Shown piece by piece: positions 40,383 to 54,020 of a DNA stretch of 64,000 bases. The notes under the pieces are model-generated. The model made no database searches. It was given only the letters and a program-made list of their open reading frames with translations, and was not told the origin of the DNA. The DNA is from the human T2T-CHM13v2.0 reference genome, Homo sapiens: NCBI RefSeq assembly GCF_009914755.1, contig NC_060927.1, one strand, 5' to 3'. Each line of letters opens with the position of its first letter. Position 1 is the first letter of the stretch. Made by a program: the position numbers and the translations under genes.

Positions 40383-43300
40383 TCTTCTAGATAGTTTGGG
40401 GTCACAAAAAAGGCTGAGGGCAGTACATTATAGCCAAAGAGCTGAAGATATGCTAGAGGAGATGAAACATGAGCAAAAACCATTTTAATACAAAACAAGT
40501 TTTAATTTTACAAATCAAGTGCCACAAGAACACTAGTGACCACAGAAGACTGTTCGTTAAGATTTGAGTTTAATTTTGAAGAATGAACAAGATATTTACA
40601 TTTGTTGCATGGCTTTAAGTTTCTCTTTATGTAAAAGATAAAATTTCTAGGGCAGCAATTATAGGAAAGTGAAGATTTTTAATGCTATTCGACTAATGTT
40701 TCTTCTTACTTTATAAGTGTTGTGTCTTTACTAGAAAAATCTAAGGGGATTTTACTTTCATCTTAAGATTTTTAGATCTTTCATCGTTCCTTAACAATTA
40801 TTTGAAGACTCCAGAAATAATGCACTTCTAAATTATTTTAAATTCAAAATTGCTTCATTGAGATTTGGTACTTAACCTAGTTCATGTTAAGAAGCAATGA
40901 ATATGATGTGTTAAATGCAAAAACAATGTGGTATCAGTGCTATGAATTTAGTTTATAAATTCCTTCCTGAGATAAAAGCATTCATATTAAAAATACAAAA
41001 AAGTATTTTTTGTTTTGTCCGATTCATCACCTCTCTACATCATTTTCTCTATCTTCCTAGGAACACAAACACAGACACTACATAAGGTTTAGAGCGTAAA
41101 ATGGTAGGAAGCTATGACACTTGCCTGTTGTACTCAAGAGCATTACTGACAGGCTCTCACTTAATACGATGGAAAGAACCTCCCTTAGGTGTCCCAAGGA
41201 GGTGTAATAACTTACTAACACAAGGTGGTGCTCTGTTCTTATGAAACAGCCTGTCTTTGCTTTGGTTCTAGGAAGCAGAGGTCAAACATTCTTACAGCTT
41301 GACCATTTTTCTTGAAGGTTTTAAAAACTGTTAATGTCTCATTCTCACTTAAAAACCTCATCCAAACCATTTAAAAATCATTCTTAGAAAGCTGTCCTAA
41401 TCATAATTCCAACCACTCAGGGAGGATCCAATTTATCTCATTGTTCTCAACAGTAATTTTGATGGCAGTAGGCCTTGGATCGCTCACTGATTGCTTCTTT
41501 TCATTTTTCTCTGTTTGTGATCCTTTTGATCAGATAGTTCTTACACTTTTTTTGGGGTTGTCTCAAGCCTATTGTTTCTGTAAACTGATCAGACTTTTTC
41601 CAGACAAAACTGCCAGATTGACCTCCAAATAAATGATTAGAACAACTTTGACTCTCCTTCAGCTAACCAGTCTATTATTATTTATTTATTTCATTTTGCT
41701 TCCTACGTATGAACATATATAATATATCGTTGTATATTTATATTAATATGTTTACCTGTTGGTAAATCTCTAATTTCATCCTTCCTGTAGAAAAACCTTG
41801 ACAATGTAATTTGAAAATGTGACATGCAGTTAACCACATTTAAATAATCCTCCTTATGACTGAACAGGAAACAGGCCAATGCCATATTCCATTTAATGAT
41901 ATTTTTAAGGGAAGAATAACTATAGCTTCAAATATGGATATATATGTACACATATATGTGCATCTACATATAACACAAAAATATACAAATTATAAGTATC
42001 TACAAATATTCCTGGAAAGAGCTAAAGGCAGGATTCTAGCATTACATAATTTCACATATGCCAAATCCTCTAATCAAATGGAATCTGATTATTTATGCTG
42101 CCAGGTAGTTATATATTTCTTTCTAATACTTCTCAAGGAAACTTTCCATAGCTGTCTTAAATTTCTCAAGGACATTGATCTCAAAATAATCTCAACCTCT
42201 ATTCTTCTATTCTGAATCTTATGAAAGCATTTATCTTGTTTATAAATAGCTAAAAACTTCTTAAGAAATCAGACTGGAAGAGGTTGCATATATTTCAAAC
42301 ATTTTAAAATCACAAAACAAAACCAGTAAGTCAAGAAAATAGACAAGAAAAGATTCCATTTGTTTTAAAGTGTGTTCTAAAATCATATCACTAATGAAAG
42401 TCTGCTGATGTCATGACAATGTCATAGCTTCAGCTCTTCAAAGAACATGTTGTCTGGTTACTATAGCATTGCTATATTTGGATTAATTAGAAACGGAAAC
42501 GTGGATAGCATTAGCTTTGAAATTAAATGAGCCCCCTAACGGGGAAGCTAATTACTGAATTCATTCTGAAGATCTGTTTTACTCGTGAAAATTTAGGTTA
42601 TTAAATTGAACAATATGTGCTCAGGACTAGAAATGGAAATCAGGGCATCCTCGGACGGAGCACAGGGGAACCAGTGGCTCTTATGGAGCCAGACCTGATA
42701 TTAGTCTTTTGTTAGAGAGGATTATTATTGTTAATATTGTCACCTTTATGACAAAGGTTCTAATATGAAGAGTACTTGGAATTCTTAAAAAGCTTCCATT
42801 AGTCCATTCAATACCCTACTCTGACTTCCATTAATGTATCTTCCCTACTGTGTGATTAGGAAGCTCCACCGGAAGCCATAATCTGGATGCATTGGGGAAG
42901 ATTTAGGGAGGAAACTTTTCCATAAGCTTGAAAGACAAAAATGGCATTTATCTGGGTTTCAAATGTTTCTTCTCCTTGAGGTTTCGTTTTCTGAATTAAA
43001 GTTTGAAGTGAACATACTATATATTCACAGTATTGTGCTTTTCAAATGTCCCCCTCACACAAACATACATACAAACACAGCAAAGATAGCAGGAGGCAGG
43101 TTATGGTCAGAGAAAATTCAGCTCCCTTTGTTATGCTATTTAAGTAATCGTTAAGTACATTACTAATATCCATGGCCATTTTTAAAACCAAGTAGCAATA
43201 ACTAGTTTATCTCACTAAAGCACCAAGATCCTTAGGAACCAGAAAGAAGCTTTTCAGCATCACATCCAATATGCCCCTAATACTTAGTAAAGGCTGATAT

Positions 43301-44489
43301 GATGATGCAGATCTTTTGATCACTTTTGGGATTAAGATCCAAGTTATGTTACTAAATCCCAATTCAATAAGGCAGTGCGGAAGATGCTGACCTAGCAGGG
43401 TCTTTATAACTGAAAGCCAGTGTTTGGTTTTATTGACAGAACTTTGTGCTAAAGACATGGAGTTTCCCAGCTACTTCAGGGTTATCCCAGTTACCTGTTC
43501 TCTCTCCACCTCCCACAGACTATATTGTGATAATCTCTAGAATTATCCCCAAAAGGAAGAAATAAAACATCTGCTTGGTGTATTCCTTATCAATCTTTAT
43601 TCTATACTTCTCTTTCTGGATTCTCCATGATTCAGAGCACCTCCAGCCATATTCCAGCTGTGTGGTGCAAAGGACCCAGGCATTGTTTTAAAAATTCTTG
43701 AATCATAATGAACTAATAAGGTCCTCAATATAGCATATTTCTCTCATTGTTTAGGTGAGTTAAATTATTTGTAAGTTACAAAAGCCATGCATCTTTCTTG
43801 TTTTACTCCAAACATCATATTGGCACTTCATAATAGAAAAATTGAAAGTTGGCTATGTGGTAATATACTTTTTATCATAGACTTGTGTAATACTGTATTA
43901 ATATATAACAAGTCCAAAATGTAACATCTTTATTTTGTCTAAGAAATAAGTCTAGAGAAATGAGTGATTTATTTTTATAGAAACTGCATCCAAGAACTGC
44001 AGAGTTTTCAGCCCCAGAAACAAGAAAACAAGAACCTTATCAAGATATGGGTGCTGTAATGGGCTAGATTTTTCTTTAAAAAGAAAGAAAAAAGGAATAG
44101 GGAAGGTGTACGCAGTCTTGCAAATGAGGCAAGAACTGTTCTACAGAGTCAGGAGAGAGTCGAAATAAGGATGCCTGATGCTGAGTTGCAGAATCATTAG
44201 ACTGTTACTCCTTATCTTCTTTCTGCCTGTGAATAATTTCAATGACCAGTACGTAGTAATGACATTGCGTATGTATACATGATAATATATTATGCAATAA
44301 TTTAAAATATGTTGGAAGTGTTGTGCCATTGGAAAAATTGCTGAAGGGGTAATGTTATAAAAAAGGCTTAGTGCAAGAAAATAAGATAGGTGATATAATA
44401 TCAACTATATGAAACGTTTAGATAAGTAACAAAACTAGAAGAAAATATGTCAAAATGTTAAGAGAGGTTAGGATTTTAGGTAGTAACTT

Positions 44490-45110
44490 AAGGCCCTATA
44501 TGTCTGGCCACCTGTAATTCTCTGAGATCATCTTTTACTATTGCTTCACTCCCCATCCCCCACAACAGTATCCTGCTCCAGCCACAGTACTGTTCTTCTT
44601 ATTATTGTTATTAAGTTCTGCGGTACATGTGCAAAACGTGCAGTTTTGTTCCATAGGTATACACGTGCTATGGTGGTTTGCTGCACCCATCAACCTGTCA
44701 TCTACACTAGGTATTTCTCCTAATGTTATCCCTCCCCCAGCTCCCCACCATCTGACAGGCCCCGGTGTGTGATGTTCCCCTCCCTATGTCCATGTGTTCT
44801 CATTGTTCAACTCCCACTTATAAGTGAGAAGATGTGGTGCTTGGTTTTCTGTTCTTGTAATAGTTTGCTGAGAATGATGGTTTCCAGCTTCATCCACGTC
44901 CCTGCAAAAGACATGAACTCATTCTTTTTTATGGCTGCATAGTATTCCATGGTGTATATGTGCCATGTTTTCTTTATCCAATCTATTATTAATGAGCATT
45001 TGGGTTGGTTCCAAGTCTTTGCTATTATCAATAGTGCCACAATAAATGCTATATAAAATTACATCCACACTTTATTTTTCTCCATAGCTGTTACCATTAC
45101 CTGACATAAC
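44490..45110 (+). mobile_element. L2 remnant split by the L1 at 44598-45047
   Basis: aaggccctatatgtctggcc...ctccagccacagtactgttctt on the left; ctatataaaattac...ctttatttttctccatagc...acctgacata on the right. Confidence 0.65.
44598..45047 (-). mobile_element. 5'-truncated L1PA7/8-type 3' fragment
   Basis: ggtggtttgctgcacccatcaacctgtcatctacactaggtatttctcctaatg; ORF 44807-45040 gives the ORF2 C-terminus; no TSD visible. Confidence 0.93.
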
Positions 45111-45857
45111 TTACCAACGTAGGGATTGCTTTTTGCTAGTATTTCCCAAGAAAACAGAATGATTGCTTAGAAAGGGAGAGAAGAGGAAGCTGAGGGTGTA
45201 TGTTAGAAAGTGATGGAATTTAGGCTAATAAGAAAGGAAAGAAGAATATTTGGGAGAGGCAGAGATGTCAGGCAGAACAATCATTGGATTATACATCACA
45301 AAAATTTTGAGGATCAGGGAACCAGGATAAATAAGCCTGGAAAAATAAGAAGTACTAGTCAAGAATGTTGTTGTTTGTTTTGTTTTGTTTTGTTTGCTTT
45401 GGAAGTGAGAATTGTGGAGGGATTGCAACTACTGTCTGGTGTCATTTCCTTACCTTTATAGACACCCTGCCTAATGGGTTTTGGACTGAATTATTCAGGA
45501 GGGGAAAAGAAAAAAAGGGGTAGAGGATATTCCACTCTTACTATTTTGATGTATATAATTAGCAGGCTCTGTCTAGATAAGTATGCACCTATAGTAACTT
45601 CCTTTTGAAAAAATAAAAATCAGATCTAATGGAACATTTGCAAACTGCTTTTCTTGCACTCAGTAATGTGTCATGGACATTATTTCATGTTAAAAAATAT
45701 AGATATATATTTTTAAAACTATATAATATTTCACTACTTGTAGAGACCATAATATAGTTAACCAGTAACTGATTGTTGAGCATTCATATTGTTTTTCTCA
45801 CACTTTAATAGACAAAGTAAAATCTGTACATACTTGATTTCTATTTTGCATACTTGT

Positions 45858-46209
45858 TGCTATGGGTTTGAATATATTACCTCCAAAATCAGGTGTTGCC
45901 AATGTGAAAGTATTAAGAGGTAGAGTCTGTAAGAGGTGATTAGGTCATGAGGGTTCGTCCCTCATGAATGGGATTAAGACCCTTTTAAAGGATCTTTGCA
46001 GAGTGCTTGGTAGCTTACCCTTCCACCTTCCACCAGATGAGGACACAATGTTTCTTCCATCTGGAGAATGCAACTCTCACCAGTCGAACCTGCCACCATC
46101 TTGATCTTACACTTCCCAGCATCCAGAACTGTGAGAAATGAATTTTTGTTTTTTATAAACTACCCAGTTTGTGACAGTCTGTTATAATAGCACAAAACAG
46201 ACTAAGACA
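45858..46209 (+). mobile_element. MLT1A-type MaLR solo LTR inside antisense L1ME
   Basis: tgctatgggtttgaat...gaggtgattaggtcatgaggg...acagactaagaca; near TSD cttgt / catgt. Confidence 0.9.
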
Positions 46210-47179
46210 CATGTTTACATCCTTTGGGTAAACTTTTAGGAGTGGAATTATATAGCAAAAGACCATTAGATTTTAAATGTTGATATTAATTTACTGAACA
46301 AGCATTTATTAAGAATTTGCAATGTTTCTCAGGCACTATTGTAGTCTTTTTGAATATGGCAATAATCAAAACAGAAAAGAATGGCAGCTTTTATGAAGCT
46401 AATGTACTGGTACAAATATAGTTGAGATGATTCAATCAACTTATATTTCCACCAACACTGTATCAAAGTATCCATTTCCTCTTATCTTCACTAACTTCAC
46501 TGGCTATTTCAAAACTTTAATACTTTTGGCTAATCAATTTTTTTCTTATTTTAATTGTTTCAATAATTTGCACTATTTGATTACTAGAAAAGTTAGACAT
46601 GTGATAGGCTTATTAGTCATTGTATTTCTACTTCTACATTACATTTTTGTGCTGTTTGCTCTTTTTTTCCCTATTTGGTTATTTTTTCCTTATTTGATTT
46701 ACAAAAGGTTTTCAAATGAAAAGAAATATAAACTTCTTAGTAGAGAATAATTGTTCAGGCTGCCGAAAAAATAAATACCCTTTCTAATATGAGAGAATTC
46801 CATGCTGCCTCCCACTCAGGAAGCCAAATAAGACATGCCAGTTTCTCTCTCCAACCTGGTATAGCAAGTACATTGGAGTCAAATGCCCTAAGGATGGCCA
46901 ATCAGATGCTTCTGTGGGGGATATTGAATCTAGAGGAGGTAATTCAATACAGAGAGTCTTTTAGAAATAATTTGAGATACCTGTGTTAAATAAAAAGCCC
47001 CAAAGCTTCCCCATGAACTCTTAGTGAAAATATGCCATTTTGGTACAGTGCCTTTGCTGTACTTGTTCCATCTTGCTTCTAATTAAACTTGCTTCTCAAG
47101 CCTTCCTGTTGGTTCTGTGAGCAACTCCCAAAACAACCTTTAGGCTAATGTTAACCAGTAATTTTCTGTTGTTTTGTAA

Positions 47180-48170
47180 CTAGCAACATTATTAGAATAG
47201 GTGTTTCATAAATATATATTTCCAGCATAATTTTTCTAATATTTTGTAGTGTATTTGCCAAACACAATGTATTAATTTGTACTTAATCAGGTATATCAAT
47301 ATTTTACTCTGTGTATTCTACCATTGACATGTGCTTAGAGGGCTTCTGAATATCAAAATTATAAAAATATTCATCTATTATATTTTCTAGTATTTAAATT
47401 ACATCATTAATATATGTGGAATTTATGCTTATACAAGGCATAAGAGCTTTATTTGTTTTCTTTATTTTGGTTCTCAAATATGTATCCAATTGCCTCTCAC
47501 TTTTTTTTTTTTTTTTTTGTATAACCAGAACCTTGCTCAGTGATTCAAAAACTACTCTTGTCAGATATTTAATTCTTCTGCTAATTTGTAGAGACTTTGT
47601 TCTTTTTAATTGATCTGTCCATTCTTGGATTCTCATTACAGTTTCAATCAATCTAGTTTAAATGACACTTTCATATTTGATAAGGTTAGTCCCCTTCATT
47701 ACACATCTTTTTCAGAATTTGGCTGGATATTTTTGTCCACTTATTTTTCAGGATATATTTTATAAATTTTTCAATTAAAAACCCTTTGTAATTTTGATTG
47801 CTGTTATACAAAATACACAGGCTAATTGGGAAAAATTCGTCGACGAAATATTTCTAGCCAAGACCATGTGATATTTCTTACTTACTTACCATTTTTTATG
47901 ATCACCAGTATTTTGTTTTTATGTATGCTTTGCATAGTTCTTGGTAAGTTTATGTGCTTTATATCTTTATTTAATTGTATTTTAAAAGTGATTATTATTC
48001 ATTTTCAAGGGAGTTATTGTTTTTGTTTATTTTTGGCAGTTTATTTACTAATTTTAATTCTAGTAGTTTGGTTTTCTCAGTATGTAATCATGTAATACAT
48101 AAATCATTATAATTTAATATCATTTGTTCAACTTTTATCTTATTTTCTTGTGTGATAGGTCATGTCCAAG
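47180..48170 (-). mobile_element. Ancient L1ME-type fragment (more at ~45600-46720)
   Basis: gactttgttctttttaattgatctgtccattctt...atcttttttcagaatttggctggatatt...attttgattg. Confidence 0.65.
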
Positions 48171-48884
48171 GTTTTATTTGTTATTTTTCTTTTCTTTTAT
48201 TTAACATTAAACTTAATGCTTTTTCAGAGGAAAGTCACTACTAATTTTAAACATAATGTAGACTCATATTGTTAATAACATTAATTAAGAAATTGGTGGA
48301 AAGTCATTTACAGTTGTGGGAATGGGGTAATTTTGTCTCTGTTTGCCTTTTCCCTACATTTGCTGAAACTTTTGCAACAGGGGTCCACCCAGCCTAAAAA
48401 AGGGTGAAGAAAAGACTTCATGACCAACGAAAGTCCAACTCCAATTTCAGATGACTTTCCTGCATTGGAGTAAGGCAGCCATTTTGGCAACACATTTGAT
48501 AGAACAAAAGGTTTGCCATACAAGGCTTTCAGTTGGTGTTTCTCCCCTTTTCTGTTATTGGTCCACTGTTGTAAAAGGTAGTTTCAAATGATTATTTTAC
48601 ATTCCTCCAAAGTCGCACCAAATTCTGTGAGATTTTGGAATGTCTCCTTTCTGAAAAACTACACCCAACATGTACATAATACTGTATATCAATTGACCAT
48701 TTTTCTTTACAAGGTTTGTACAATGCTAACAAAAAAATATGGAACTTTTACCTAAACCATATGTTGGAAAACTGAGTCAGGGTATATGTTATTTTACCAT
48801 AGGTGACACAACAAAACTGATAACTGCTAATTTCCAAGGCATATCTTGCAGAGCATGCATTTTACAAAGTACATATAGAGATTA

Positions 48885-50478
48885 AGTCTCAGTAAGACTC
48901 AATCTGTCATTCATTCTGAGGCAAATTGCTCTCCAATCATTAACCTGTGAAATCAAACATATTATGTGCTTCCAAAATATAATGATGGAACTGCCATAAG
49001 ATGGACATTCCCATTCTGAAAGGGAGATAGGAAAGAAAAAAGGAAGGACAGGTCCCCAGTCAAGTCCAAAATTTAACAGGGCATACAACATTAAATCTTA
49101 AGGCTTTAGAATAATCTTCTTTGGCTCAGTGTTCTGCCCTCCAGATCTACTGGGCCAGAGATCCTGCCTTCTGGACACACTAGGACTGAGATTCTGCTTC
49201 TGAATCTTTGCCTGGCAAAGGTTGGCTCTAGGTGGTCCTGCTTTCATAAATTTGCTGGACACAGCCCATATTGTAGTCTCATGGGTTGGATTGCTTGTGG
49301 CTCTCCACAGTGGAATTCACATGCCACACAGGTGGCTCCACCAGTCAAGGGTCACAAAGGAGGCACTGCCTCTAAGGCTCTGTTGGGTATTGCCTTGATG
49401 GAGGATCTCTGTTGCAGTTTCCTGCCTGGACCTTGTGGCTCTCCAAAGCATCCTTTGAAATCTAGGTGGAGGTAACTATGCCACCATAGCTTTGCTGGGC
49501 ACAATGCTCACTTTACTAGGGTTTGTCAGGGCTGCACCTGGGACAGCAAAAAACAAAGCAATGGAGTAAGAATAGCAGAGTCCTTGATTTGTGCTATCAT
49601 TGGGCAATGGCAGCTCCTTCTTTGAAATTTTTCTCACCCCAGGCCTTAGCACTCTAGGTCTCTGATTGTGGGAGCAGCCTAGATGATCCCTGAAATGTCT
49701 TGGGGGTCATTCTTCCATTTTTTTTGACAATGGGTCCTGGCTGCTGTTTAGATGGCTAAATAAACTCCCTATCATCTTGGTGAATAGTGCCTGGCTCCAG
49801 TTGAGATGGTCCATCCATACAATCCATAGTAATCTCTTATCATTTGGCCAAATCCTTGCTCTCTCCCAAACAGGCTTTCTCATTTTTTTTTCCAATATGG
49901 ACAGGCTGAGAATTTTCTAAAATTTTAAGGTTTGTTTCGGTTTTGATTAACAATTCCATCTTTAAATAACTTCTCTCACCTCACTTTTAATGATACAGGT
50001 GGTCAAGAGGGACCAAGCTGCACCTTCAACACTTTGCTTAGATATTTACTCAGCCAAATACCCACTTGCACACTCACAGATTCTACTTTCCAAAAAAATA
50101 CTAGAACATGAACATGATTCTTCCAAGTTCTTTGTCACTTTATAACAAGGATGTCCTCTCTTTCAGTGTCCAATAACATGTTCCTCATTTCCATCTGAGA
50201 GCTCATCAGAATGGCCTTTACAAATCATACTTCTGCAACATTCTTCCATTCATAACCACTTAGGTATTTTCTAAGAAGATTGAGGCTATCTCTATAACTG
50301 TACTGCTCTCCTTCTGAGCCCTCACCACAATCACTCCTTATGTTTTATTCATAACAATGTAGGCTTTTTCTAGCATTCACTTCAACTATTCCAACCTCTG
50401 CCAATTACCCAGTTCCTAACCTGCGTCCACATTTTTAGATATTTGTTATAACACCCCCACTTCTCAGTACCAACTTTC
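48885..50478 (-). mobile_element. MLT1A/MST-type MaLR internal sequence
   Basis: tgaggcaaattgctctcc...tgtgaaatcaaac...gcttccaaaata; ttttagatatttgttataacacccccacttctcagtaccaactttc directly abuts the LTR. Confidence 0.85.
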
Positions 50479-50721
50479 TGTCTTAGTCCATTCAGGTTGC
50501 TACAACAAAATGTCATAAACTGGCCTATAAACAACAAAAAAAATATTTCTAACAGTTCTGGAGGCTGGGAAATTCAAGACCAAGGAACCAGCAGATTTGG
50601 TGTCTGATGAGTGCCCACTTTCTGATTTATAAATGGCATCTTCTTCCTGTGTTCTCACAGTTGGAAGAGGCAAGGGGTCTCACTTAGGCCTCTTTTATAA
50701 GGGCATTAATCCCATTCATGA
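50479..50721 (-). mobile_element. MLT1A-type 5' LTR, truncated at its 5' end
   Basis: tgtcttagtccattcaggttgctacaacaaaa...cagttctggaggctgggaaattcaag...ttttataagggcattaatcccattcatga, then stops abruptly. Confidence 0.88.
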
Positions 50722-52529
50722 AGATTACTAATAGGCAAAAGGAGTAGTCCAGTTTCTGGTCTCTGTTCACTCTCTGTCTACTCTCCTGAAGCAGTTCAGC
50801 CACTCTAACAGCAGCTGTGAAGTGATGTCAATGGCCCATTGTTGTTATGCATCATTTTCTACAAAGGTAGTTAACTTTGAGGGCTCTGGAGATAATGTGG
50901 CTGGCACAGATACACATATGTGATTTTATTCCAGTTTGCCTCTTTTTTCTTCATCGTTACCATTAAGATTGACAATAAATCTAAGGAAACTGATATACAG
51001 CAATGTGTGAAGGCAATGTATGGCAAAAAGTATTATTTGTTTGTATATTTGTTTTCCTTCCACAAGAGGAGTAGATCAAAAAATTAACAACTTCAGGGAA
51101 ACAATGAGACATGGTCAGATCCTCTGTCTTCCAACTCTAGCACTAGACATGAGATGCTATTTATCTAGAGTAGAAGAAGGAGCTTCCATCTTTTTTATGA
51201 GTTCTCCTAATCAGGGAATTTATTGAGATTTGAGGGAATTTCCCGAGCTAATTTCTCACAACAGTGCTCTGGTATCTTGAAGAGAAGTTGAGTATCAGTT
51301 TCAAGAGTCATGTTGAACTTGGTATGACTATCTGGAAAAAAATGTCTTGAAGTTTAACAGGAAATAGTTGCTACTGTTCTCTATTTCATTGCTGGTGGCT
51401 ATTTTATTCCCCCAGTTCCTTATGTCTTATTCATTTTGGACAGATCCTAGGAGTGAGGAAAGGCAACATCTTTGGCTCCATCGTTTTGAAAAGTTTTTCT
51501 TTATACATACTTGTTTTGTTCTTCATTTCGTTTATTTAACAAAGTTAGTTTCTAGGAACTAACCCGTGGCCAAGAAAGCAAATATTAAATGAGCTCTCTC
51601 TTCTCTTGGTAATGAGGAAAATATCTAGATATTTCATGGTAGATAATTACAACTAAGAGTGATGAGGTCATTTGAATCCATAGTATCATAAACTACAGGT
51701 TTTTTTTTTTTTTTAGAGATAATGGACATTGTACAAGGATGTAATCAGCCTTTTTATTGAAAATCAATTTTACTTCTCTACTTCTAAAGATTGTGTGGTA
51801 GGAGCTCTGGAAAATTGAGTATTATTTTCAATGAGGAAACCTGGTGAGGAAATTGTTCTGCTGTGAATGGCAACAAATTAAAACCACAAATTAACATGAA
51901 TCCACAGGAAATATTGAATATCATTTTAACTTTGTCATTTAACCAGAGGTACTCCAAGTTACACTGCATTTACAACAGTAAAAACAGAACTATAACTACC
52001 ACCATACTTACTATGTTTTTAATACTGGAAACTTAAAAATTGAGAAATTTGCCTTAGTAACATTTCCTCAGAAGATGAGCTACTTGGGTGTTTACATAAA
52101 CTCATTTTTAAAAAATGTTCATGTATTGAAATACAACTTCACTTTTAAAGAAACAATTCTTCATGGAATATCAAATTTATACACTGTTGTTTGAAATATT
52201 AACCTTTTACATTTGTGTAGTTTCCACATCCTATTTACCAAACACATACACAAACAAACACTGCTATTATTTCACTATGTAAATCGCCATTTATTTTTGC
52301 AATAATCTACATTAAAATTACTAAGACACATCTCCCATTTTCTTAATCTATCTACGACTATGAACAAAAATATTCTGGCACAAAATTTCAATGTGTTTTG
52401 TAGCCATACATGCCATAACATAACATAGATTTTCTTTTAAACTAAGGCTTTTTGGTTGTTTGTTTTCTAACCTAAAAGCAAATGAGTGCTAGCATATTTA
52501 ATAAACAATGCTACATAACAGTATATCTT

Positions 52530-52890
<361 letters not shown>

Positions 52891-53036
52891 TCAAGACTGT
52901 ATGTCAATGCAATCTATTTCTCCAAACTTGCTATGCTTTCACACCTCTAAATATATCTATTAGCTATGTAACATAGCTAATATATAATATAGATAATGAT
53001 TTGTTTTCACTTTTACTTCAGTTTTCACTATGCATA

Positions 53037-53553
53037 TGGCAAAGAGACAAAACTTTATGTCTACCCTCTTAGGGTCTCTGTCTGGGCCTGAAAATTAAAC
53101 TAACTAAAATAGATTACCTAGAGAAAAGCACATAGATGTTTACCTGTAGCTGGGAATCCCCACAGAAAAGTAAAGACCCGAAGAAACAGCAAAAACTAAA
53201 TGCTTCTATGCTAGGTTGAACAAACAGTACCAATTGTTAAAAAGTAACTGAAATGAATGAGGAAGCTGAAGAAAGGTAAGAGTTATTTTAACAAGGTTTG
53301 TTTGTATAAATTTTTCTCAGCCTCAATCTCCCATCTCTGGTGACAAGACAGTACAGAGAGGTACCTCCTAGAACAATAGACCATCTTTCACATGGTAGCT
53401 TTCTCCTTTCTTTGGTGATAAGAGTGTTTCTTTTCTCCTGGGACATAAAGGTCAGAATGTCAGTATATACTATTTTTCAAATGTCTTTAGCTCAAAATAA
53501 TTATTACGGCAAAGTAGCATATTTAGGGGTGGCATATTCTGCCACCATTCTCA
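53037..53553 (-). mobile_element. MER34-family ERV1 solo LTR
   Basis: Colinear with 26108-26649 (ctgggcct-aaaattaaact, tttaacaaggtttgtttgtata, catatttaggggtggcatattct). Confidence 0.8.
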
Positions 53554-53617
53554 TATAACAAAAGATTTTATCATTACTGTCTCCAGCATTTGTTTTTACA
53601 CTTCCATTATTGAAGTT

Positions 53618-53920
53618 ATTTTATTTTATTTTATTTTTTTGAGAGGGAGTCTTGCTTTATTGCCCATACTGGAGTGAAGTGGTGTGATCTCAGCTCACTG
53701 CAACCTCTGCTTCTGGGTTCAAGCAATTCTCCTGCCTCAGCCTCCTGAGTAGCTGGGACTACAGGCACCTGCCACCATGCCTGGCTAATTTTTGTATTTT
53801 TAGTAGAGGCAGGGTTTCACCATGTTGGCCAGGCTGGTCTCGAACTCCTGACCTTGTGATCTGCCCACCTTGGCCTCCCAAAGTGCTGGGATTACAGGTG
53901 TGAGCCACCACACCAGGCCC
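53618..53920 (-). mobile_element. AluS SINE
   Basis: Antisense Alu with (TTTTA)n tail; ctcctgaccttgtgatctgccc...cccaaagtgctgggattacagg. Confidence 0.95.
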
Positions 53921-54020
53921 AAAGTTAATTGTTTAAATAAGAGGTTCTCTTTTAAATATAGGACTTGGATAAAGGCAAGTGGTTAGTTTTTCACAAATCT
54001 TACATTTCACATAAGGAAGC

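Larger units (their letters stand above)
48172..51570 (-). pseudogene. Possible degraded processed retrocopy of an unidentified transcript (48172-48878 and 50728-51570)
   Basis: Complex, non-repeat-like sequence ending on the minus strand in aataaa plus an A-rich tail (~48172-48202) next to L1ME; partial open frames, parent gene not recognised. Confidence 0.3.
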
